Source: a virus (lineage: Duplodnaviria > Caudoviricetes). From it: 57,746 nucleotides of DNA. Of this stretch, positions 51,914-57,746 are shown in pieces; the first letter of the stretch is position 1, and each line of letters opens with the position of its first letter. The position numbers and the translations under genes are program-made. The notes below the pieces were generated by a model. The model searched no databases. It was not told the DNA's origin and saw only the letters and a list, made by a program, of their open reading frames with translations. The DNA is taken from positions 1-57,746 of IMG/VR virus record IMGVR_UViG_3300014502_000007; one strand, written 5' to 3'.

Positions 51914-53656
51914 TTACTCGAATGCATCACGATTTTCTTTCCAGGCAACATAAGCATCCATGAGAGCAGAGACATTATCAATCTTTTCATCTTGTCTCTT
52001 CTTCATGAGTTTACGGTTTCCGTTTGTATCTTCCATAGTAATCGCGTTGCCCATAGCAAAAGTCATCAGGTCTTGATCAAATATGAGTAGTCTTTCCTCG
52101 CTGAGATGCTTTAGTTCACCAAGAGGAACTGATTCAGTCCTAGCGCCTTGAATCACTTTGGTTATGCCAAAAGGTCCGTTTTCTGCTTCCCATCGAGTCA
52201 TAAACTCTTTAGCATTATATGGGTCAAAACCAACTGCACGGACGTCATACTCAAACTGTTGAATAAAAACATCCAAGTCATCAAAGACTTCCATCATATC
52301 TAAAATTGTTCCATCAAGTACCTGAAGACTTCCTTCGTTAATAAACTCGTCATACTTATGACGCATTGCTCCAGGAAGTTTCATTAAAGTTAAAGAGGTA
52401 ATGTAACTTCTAGTTTTTACACCGAATCCGTTACGCAAAGGAAATAAGAATGTAAAGGCTGTGAAGTCGTCACCCTGTGAAAGGTCTGCGCCAAGGGCAC
52501 AAGACATCTTCCAGAATTCACGGGGTCTATGCGGAAGTGTCTCTTCGTATGGGAAGAAATAAGTTAGACCTTCCATCGGAATCCCGAAACGCTTAGCAAG
52601 AATATCGTTCCTTGATGCGGGTGCTTTCTCAGCTCGCTCAACATCAAGTTGATATGTCTCATAGGAAATTGTCTTGCCAAGATTTGGATTTGCCTTAGGC
52701 CAAGTAGATGGATCTTTAACTTCTTCAATATCATCAAGTTTATAATGCCAGATCGAAACGTGTGGCGCAATAAATTCGCCTTTAAGAATGTCCGCTAATT
52801 CCATTTTAATTGTATCGCCACTACCGTTTCGAACGGTTCCTTCTGATGTTATTGAAATGATTAAATAGTCATCAAGTTTTGACGCGCCTTGCTCAATAGC
52901 ACCAACAACATCTTCTCGAATATCACCAGATAACCATTCATCAACAGTTGATACCTTAGGCCTAAGACCCTGAAGTTTATTGATTGTCATTGGGCGAACT
53001 TCAAGAAGAGAACCTGTTAGGAAATTCTCAATACCTTTTTTAGTCGAAGCAAGTTTCACACGATTAGCTCGAGAACCAGTCGTGTTCTGCATAGATCCCT
53101 CGGTTAAGAATTTGAAAAGTGGACCTCGACTTCGAGTAATGGCTGTACGAAAAGGTTGCATTACCTCTTCTGATTGCTTCATTGTGGGTGCGACTGTAAT
53201 TTGATGTGTAGTCTCAGTCTCAACATTTAGGAAATATGCTTGAATACACATAGCATACATCGACTTAGCTGCACCACGCGCGACTATTAGGAATTGTTTG
53301 GTTGTTAAACGTTTCCTGATCGTCTTTTGAACATAACGCCCGCCATGATTATCCGACGAAGGCTCATAGACGCTTCGTTCAATGAAATACCACCATCCAA
53401 ACACTTGTTCGGCCCATAATTTGAATACAGGTAGTAGATGAAGATCAGCTCCATCAGTCAATGTAAGTTCGTTCTCGCAATAAAGAATGAAACCATCTAC
53501 AGCTTTATCGTCATAGTAGATATTTGGGTTGGCGATGAGAGCATCTATTCGATTCATCTCCATGGTTACTTCCCGATTAACTGGGATATCACCATTTAGA
53601 ACTGCTTCACGAAACTGCCCATAGTAAATAGGTACAGTTTTATTAGATAGACTCAT
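51914..53656 (-). CDS. terL: Terminase large subunit
   Basis: VARGAAKS Walker A, VDE Walker B, KANPNLG, GADLS, KIDNVSA nuclease motif. Confidence 0.93.
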   Translation of the reverse strand: MSLSNKTVPIYYGQFREAVLNGDIPVNREVTMEMNRIDALIANPNIYYDDKAVDGFILYCENELTLTDGADLHLLPVFKLWAEQVFGWWYFIERSVYEPSSDNHGGRYVQKTIRKRLTTKQFLIVARGAAKSMYAMCIQAYFLNVETETTHQITVAPTMKQSEEVMQPFRTAITRSRGPLFKFLTEGSMQNTTGSRANRVKLASTKKGIENFLTGSLLEVRPMTINKLQGLRPKVSTVDEWLSGDIREDVVGAIEQGASKLDDYLIISITSEGTVRNGSGDTIKMELADILKGEFIAPHVSIWHYKLDDIEEVKDPSTWPKANPNLGKTISYETYQLDVERAEKAPASRNDILAKRFGIPMEGLTYFFPYEETLPHRPREFWKMSCALGADLSQGDDFTAFTFLFPLRNGFGVKTRSYITSLTLMKLPGAMRHKYDEFINEGSLQVLDGTILDMMEVFDDLDVFIQQFEYDVRAVGFDPYNAKEFMTRWEAENGPFGITKVIQGARTESVPLGELKHLSEERLLIFDQDLMTFAMGNAITMEDTNGNRKLMKKRQDEKIDNVSALMDAYVAWKENRDAFE

Positions 53657-53672
53657 CACCCCCTCCATTCTT

Positions 53673-54527
53673 TTATATCATTGCTAACCCTGCGGCAACC
53701 TGTGCAGCTCTTGCTGCTTTCTTTGCCCCCGAGGCTGCAATTGCTGAACTCACTTTAGCATTAGCATAGTTTGATGCTTGTTGATTACCAACATTACCAA
53801 GGAGTTTTCCAACAAACCTCTTACCAATACCTCCTGGATCAGACCTCATTCTGTCATATGACTGTTCCATGTTCATACGGTTAACTAAATCCTTCAACTC
53901 CTTATCAGAAAGAGAATCTGTAGAGCTTTTCTTTGCGGTCTGTTTAGCTATAGCGTGTCTTGTTGCATCTGCAGTTGCTGGATGGCCCTTTCCTCCAGAA
54001 GTTTTAATTCCAGGGCGACCCATTCTTTTTGTTCCAATGGTGACTGGCGTGGGCGTGGTACTCTTTTTACCACGATCTTTCCCAGTGTCTCCACTTCGAT
54101 GCCCCTCAGTACTCTTTCGAACTCCCCAGTGCATACCCAAAACGCCATGATGAGCAAGGACTTGCGATACCGAAAGGCTTAGTAATGATGGTGGTGGTTC
54201 TTTCTTCATATCTTTGTACATCTGAACCAGAGCTTTTGCTGCTTTTGCTTTTTCATCTAGGGTGGCGTTAACACCACCACGTGCACCAGCCAATGCTGCA
54301 GCAGCGGCGTAAACACCATTTTGGTTTATTGCACCGTTTGGGGTTCGGACTGGGAGTTTACACTCGCCCTTTGTGGTTGGAGGTCCTACGTGTTGGTGAA
54401 TAAGACAAGCAGCATGCCATTGTTCAAGTGTATAATCTGCAGCCGTATAATCACTCCACGGTTTTGTACTAATATGGGAAAGAATCTCAGTTACGGTCGC
54501 ACGACTACCGGATTTGGATCCGTCCAT
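53673..54527 (-). CDS. Putative virion protein with an HHGVxGMxWGVR motif
   Basis: LAHHGVLGMHWGVRK; LSDKELKDLVNRMNME; start MDGSK. Confidence 0.75.
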   Translation of the reverse strand: MDGSKSGSRATVTEILSHISTKPWSDYTAADYTLEQWHAACLIHQHVGPPTTKGECKLPVRTPNGAINQNGVYAAAAALAGARGGVNATLDEKAKAAKALVQMYKDMKKEPPPSLLSLSVSQVLAHHGVLGMHWGVRKSTEGHRSGDTGKDRGKKSTTPTPVTIGTKRMGRPGIKTSGGKGHPATADATRHAIAKQTAKKSSTDSLSDKELKDLVNRMNMEQSYDRMRSDPGGIGKRFVGKLLGNVGNQQASNYANAKVSSAIAASGAKKAARAAQVAAGLAMI

Positions 54528-54865
54528 GATGTTCCCTCTCTCTGAACATTGAGTCTCCACTCGAGTTCATGAATCTGTTCATTCATCGAAGTGATAACGT
54601 ATGACGTTGCTGGCGGATCGAAAAGTAGACGCACGCGTAGATAGACATAAGTCTTGACTGAATTCAAGCGCGGATCTTCACCAAGAAAGTCATCCCACGT
54701 AGAGACAGCGTCCTCGATCGCAAAACCGTTCTCGGGCCCGATGCCTAGTTGATTCAAAGTTGCGAGTATAGAGTTAATATGCATAAGAACATCAGCATCA
54801 AACGCTGTATAATCATCATTAAGGCCGAGGATCTTCTTAGTACTGTTTAAAATACTGTCACTCAT
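54491..54865 (-). CDS. Putative head-tail adaptor
   Basis: SILNSTKKILG, VRLLFDPP and ELEWRL motifs; AAGGAGG RBS. Confidence 0.65.
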   Translation of the reverse strand: MSDSILNSTKKILGLNDDYTAFDADVLMHINSILATLNQLGIGPENGFAIEDAVSTWDDFLGEDPRLNSVKTYVYLRVRLLFDPPATSYVITSMNEQIHELEWRLNVQREGTSWTDPNPVVVRP

Positions 54866-54893
54866 GCCGGTCACCTCCTTGGTTGTTAGTTGA

Positions 54894-55715
54894 CTAGGTC
54901 ACAGGTGAAGTCCAAGCAGCGTTCCAAGTTCGAACACCAACAAGTGAGTCTGGTACAAGACCCTTCTCTACCTGGAACCGATGAGCAATATTCGCTGTTT
55001 CATCTCCGAACAGACCGTCAACTGTAATAGCCCATCCACGATCTGCCATCCGAGCCTGCCATGGAGCAAGAGCTCCTTTGTACGAGTAGTATCCAGAAAT
55101 ACAATCCGAAGGACCGGTCCTCGGACCGAAATACCACCCTGGAGGTAGTGGAAAGGCTGGCGCCTTAATGACCGGAGGATTGACTGGCGGAACTGGATGA
55201 CTTCCAGTAAAGAAATCGTAAGCAACCTGAGTCGTAGCCATGATCGAGTTCCAAATAGAACGAATATATGGGCCAGCACAATCAGTGGAAGACCAGTGAC
55301 TGTGCACGAAAAAATTACTCGAACTTGGCCGTGCTCCGATAACCCTTGCGAAAAGCCAACCGGCAAGACGAGCAGCAGACTTCCATGTTGCATCAGCAAC
55401 AATCCAACTAGGAGCAAGTGTTGAGTCTGCCATCTCAATACTGATTGAACTCATATTGCCTTCAGTGTCACCAACAGCCCAGGCATACTCATTCACCCTG
55501 ACAAACTGAGCAATTGCTCCTGACAAATCTGAGTCAAAGTGAGCCGACGCCTCACGAGTGCGCCACACATCGAGAACACCTTCGTGTGAAAGACGACCTC
55601 CATTATGGTGAAGTGTAACTGACGTCTTCCTGTAAGCTGTATGTGTTACATGATATGTCGCATCGAGTTGTGCAATTAGATCCTTTACTGGTTGATCATA
55701 AGCAATGGTGGTCAT
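54894..55715 (-). CDS. Endolysin (N-acetylmuramoyl-L-alanine amidase + PG-binding domain)
   Basis: VTLHH, SAH, AWAVG, SISIE, H...TDC.G; C-terminal VDGLFG..T and FQ..KGL..D..VG..TW. Confidence 0.9.
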   Translation of the reverse strand: MTTIAYDQPVKDLIAQLDATYHVTHTAYRKTSVTLHHNGGRLSHEGVLDVWRTREASAHFDSDLSGAIAQFVRVNEYAWAVGDTEGNMSSISIEMADSTLAPSWIVADATWKSAARLAGWLFARVIGARPSSSNFFVHSHWSSTDCAGPYIRSIWNSIMATTQVAYDFFTGSHPVPPVNPPVIKAPAFPLPPGWYFGPRTGPSDCISGYYSYKGALAPWQARMADRGWAITVDGLFGDETANIAHRFQVEKGLVPDSLVGVRTWNAAWTSPVT

Positions 55716-55867
55716 TTGTCGTCCTCCTTTTTCTCAACATCATCTGTGGCGAAGGCGACGAAGTTACTTGGGGGAAGAGAGGAGAGATCATCAGTTCCAG
55801 GACCATCTTTGGTGTCTCTTCCAAGAGCCGATAATACATCTACGACATCAAAGTTCTGTGCAGTCAT
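55712..55867 (-). CDS. 51-aa acidic protein (not in ORF track)
   Basis: GGAAGGA RBS; ATGA overlap with the endolysin. Confidence 0.65.
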   Translation of the reverse strand: MTAQNFDVVDVLSALGRDTKDGPGTDDLSSLPPSNFVAFATDDVEKKEDDK

Positions 55868-55890
55868 GATGATTCCTTCCTGTTATAACA

Positions 55891-56251
55891 TTAAAACCAG
55901 GTAATCGCAGAAACGTTTATTATGTTGTGGATCGTATTGTCAGCGATAATCATAAGCCAAACCGCCATGAATGGCGGACGAGTTATTGGATATCCAGTTG
56001 GCTGACATTCACGCCATCAGATTTTTAACCCAGACAACATGACGAGCAAGTCGGTAATGATCGATTATGACGTGGGTAACAATGATGACTGCAATTGCAG
56101 GGATTGACCTCGTTACAACCAAAAATGGCAGTCCATAGGTTAACGCATGTGCAATCGCTGGCCACCATCGTTTAGTCTTCTCCTGTGCCATCCAATCTGA
56201 CTGAAGAAGATAGTCGCCTATGAAATGCGAAAGAAAGGCGAGAGCAATCAT
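55891..56251 (-). pseudogene. DUF3307-like membrane protein split by a frameshift
   Basis: HFIGDYLLQSDWMA...KNLMA*, then the +1 frame reads ECQPTGYP..RPPFMAVWLMIIADNTIH...WF*. Confidence 0.7.
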
Positions 56252-56478
56252 TCGGCTTCTGGAACAACATCTGGTGTTAGTATAAGAATATACGGTCGAT
56301 TGAGTTCGAACTTTTTAGCAACAGAATCACGAACAACGATGCTGAAGTTCAGAATTGGGGTAAACCTAGCCCACTCCTTGTTCTTGTCATCAGTATAGTT
56401 GACACCAAATCTAAGAGTGGTCTGATTATCACCGATTGGATTTTTGCCAGTAACTTTGATCTTGGCAGTTATGCTGAT
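56248..56478 (-). CDS. Hypothetical protein with an ATC codon at the RBS-defined start
   Basis: AAAGGAG-AACAAC-ATC AGC ATA; NKEWARFTP motif; ATGA overlap downstream. Confidence 0.6.
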   Translation of the reverse strand: MSITAKIKVTGKNPIGDNQTTLRFGVNYTDDKNKEWARFTPILNFSIVVRDSVAKKFELNRPYILILTPDVVPEAE

Positions 56479-56494
56479 GTTGTTCTCCTTTCGG

Positions 56495-56902
56495 TTACCA
56501 CAATAATGTGTCACCACGTCTACGTTCAGCGAGAGGCCGGGGAAGTAGTTTCTCGTCGCCATAGTGGATGGCTTTGTGGGTTCGATGTGTTGTTGTTATT
56601 AGAAACTCGGGATCGAGAATACTTGAGTCACCATGCGTGATTGCCTCTGCATTCATCGGGTTCATATGATGAATGAGAATCCCGCTATGGATCTCGTAGC
56701 CGTCAATGCCCAAGTCACAACCATTATCTCGAGTAATGATCTGGTGTCGAACTTGACGCCACTGACGTGAGTTATAGAACTGTTGATTTATGTAACGATC
56801 GTAACCGAAAGTAGAAACACCAACGTTTCCACGAAGAGCGAGATAGCGATATCGTTCCTCGAACTCATCTAGATGTCTTAGTTCTGAATATGTCTTAATC
56901 AT
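56495..56902 (-). CDS. HNH endonuclease (packaging-associated)
   Basis: RDNGCDLG, IHHMNP and TH.AIH motifs; near the terminase. Confidence 0.85.
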   Translation of the reverse strand: MIKTYSELRHLDEFEERYRYLALRGNVGVSTFGYDRYINQQFYNSRQWRQVRHQIITRDNGCDLGIDGYEIHSGILIHHMNPMNAEAITHGDSSILDPEFLITTTHRTHKAIHYGDEKLLPRPLAERRRGDTLLW

Positions 56903-57240
56903 GCGACGACCCACTTGCCTTTACGTATGAAACCGTGATCTCCACATTCACATAAAATACTAGGAGAGATAGTTAGTGGATCCCACGATTCTACAATCCA
57001 TTTGGGTCTATTAGGCTCGACCTGTTGTGAAGTAGGACTATCAAACGTTATATAACCCTCGCATAATTCATCTTCATGATTAAGATGCGTTATGATTGCA
57101 CCGTAATGTTCGACATCAAGGACATTATCACCATACTGAGGATTTAATTCACGATCTGGTGCCCAACTAACAAAACGAAGTTCATGATTTGATCCAAGAT
57201 CAAGTTCTGGGTCTCGATGCCAATCAATCATCGAACTCAT
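56899..57240 (-). CDS. DUF6527-like protein
   Basis: PLTISPSILC.CGDHGFIRKGKW. Confidence 0.7.
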   Translation of the reverse strand: MSSMIDWHRDPELDLGSNHELRFVSWAPDRELNPQYGDNVLDVEHYGAIITHLNHEDELCEGYITFDSPTSQQVEPNRPKWIVESWDPLTISPSILCECGDHGFIRKGKWVVA

Positions 57241-57577
57241 CTGAAATCTCCAGCGGTTCTTGTCCAGAATATGAACGCATTGCATCTAGTGCAGACTTGT
57301 ACAACTCCTCAACACGCGCTGCAGAAGCAAGATTTTCTCTCTTAGCATCCAATAGACTGTTCTCTTTTGATAGTCGCTCTTGCTCGAGTTTCTCTCGTGA
57401 TGAACCAAGTTTCAAATAATGAGTTTGAACTTGAGCAGTAGCTGTTCCATCTAAGAGTTGTTTCTCTGCTAGATCAACAGCGTATGCGATCATTTGGTTT
57501 TCTCGAGCCTCAGGAGTTGTCGCTGGTCTTCGCCGAGATATCTTTTCTTTTGGGGTATTAACCCGACGGGTAACCAT
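57224..57577 (-). CDS. Putative terminase small subunit
   Basis: First gene of the packaging block; helical and basic; PATTPEARENQMI. Confidence 0.5.
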   Translation of the reverse strand: MVTRRVNTPKEKISRRRPATTPEARENQMIAYAVDLAEKQLLDGTATAQVQTHYLKLGSSREKLEQERLSKENSLLDAKRENLASAARVEELYKSALDAMRSYSGQEPLEISDEFDD

Positions 57578-57746
57578 AGAATCAACTCCCTTCTAGGTTA
57601 GTTTCGGATGGGTTTTGGTTTGATCACACAGCCCCGGTCGTGTTCTCCAAACTACTAGTCAAAACCCTCAGAGCCGCTGTGGATTGTTTGGTCACTGCAA
57701 TCAACTGAGTAACAGCAACGCCTAGATCAGGATTCTCAACGTCAAA

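Noticed and set aside
1-57746. Alternative genetic code
   Set aside because: All large genes are intact under the standard bacterial code, and TAA, TAG and TGA all serve as stops

Overview
Near-complete genome (about 58 kb) of a tailed, siphovirus-type dsDNA phage with essentially every gene on the minus strand. No integrase or repressor was recognised, so it is probably lytic. The amidase endolysin, holin, protease-capsid fusion and helicase-primase-polymerase fusion resemble phages of Actinobacteria; the host is an inference. Reading right to left: packaging and lysis (putative TerS, HNH, endolysin, TerL, portal), head and tail genes, an accessory region of small promoter-bearing cassettes, DUF6353-like genes, a 1247-aa helicase/primase/exonuclease/PolB fusion, SSB, many small genes, an SF2 helicase, a probable origin, nucleases, a 900-aa protein, and long simple repeats at the left end. 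The most interesting candidate system has four parts. (i) The 900-aa protein has a two-barrel RNA polymerase catalytic motif (GADFDGD). (ii) Fourteen copies of a fixed-spacing motif YCGC-N15-TATAAT lie upstream of genes. (iii) At least four copies drive no ORF but a 74-94 nt RNA whose 5' end, immediately after TATAAT, pairs with its 3' end before a U-tract. (iv) Others head promoter-leader-ORF-terminator cassettes with a shared terminator loop. Together these suggest a phage-encoded, possibly virion-packaged, RNA polymerase with its own promoter and a set of small RNAs. Family names come from motif recognition only; no searches were run.
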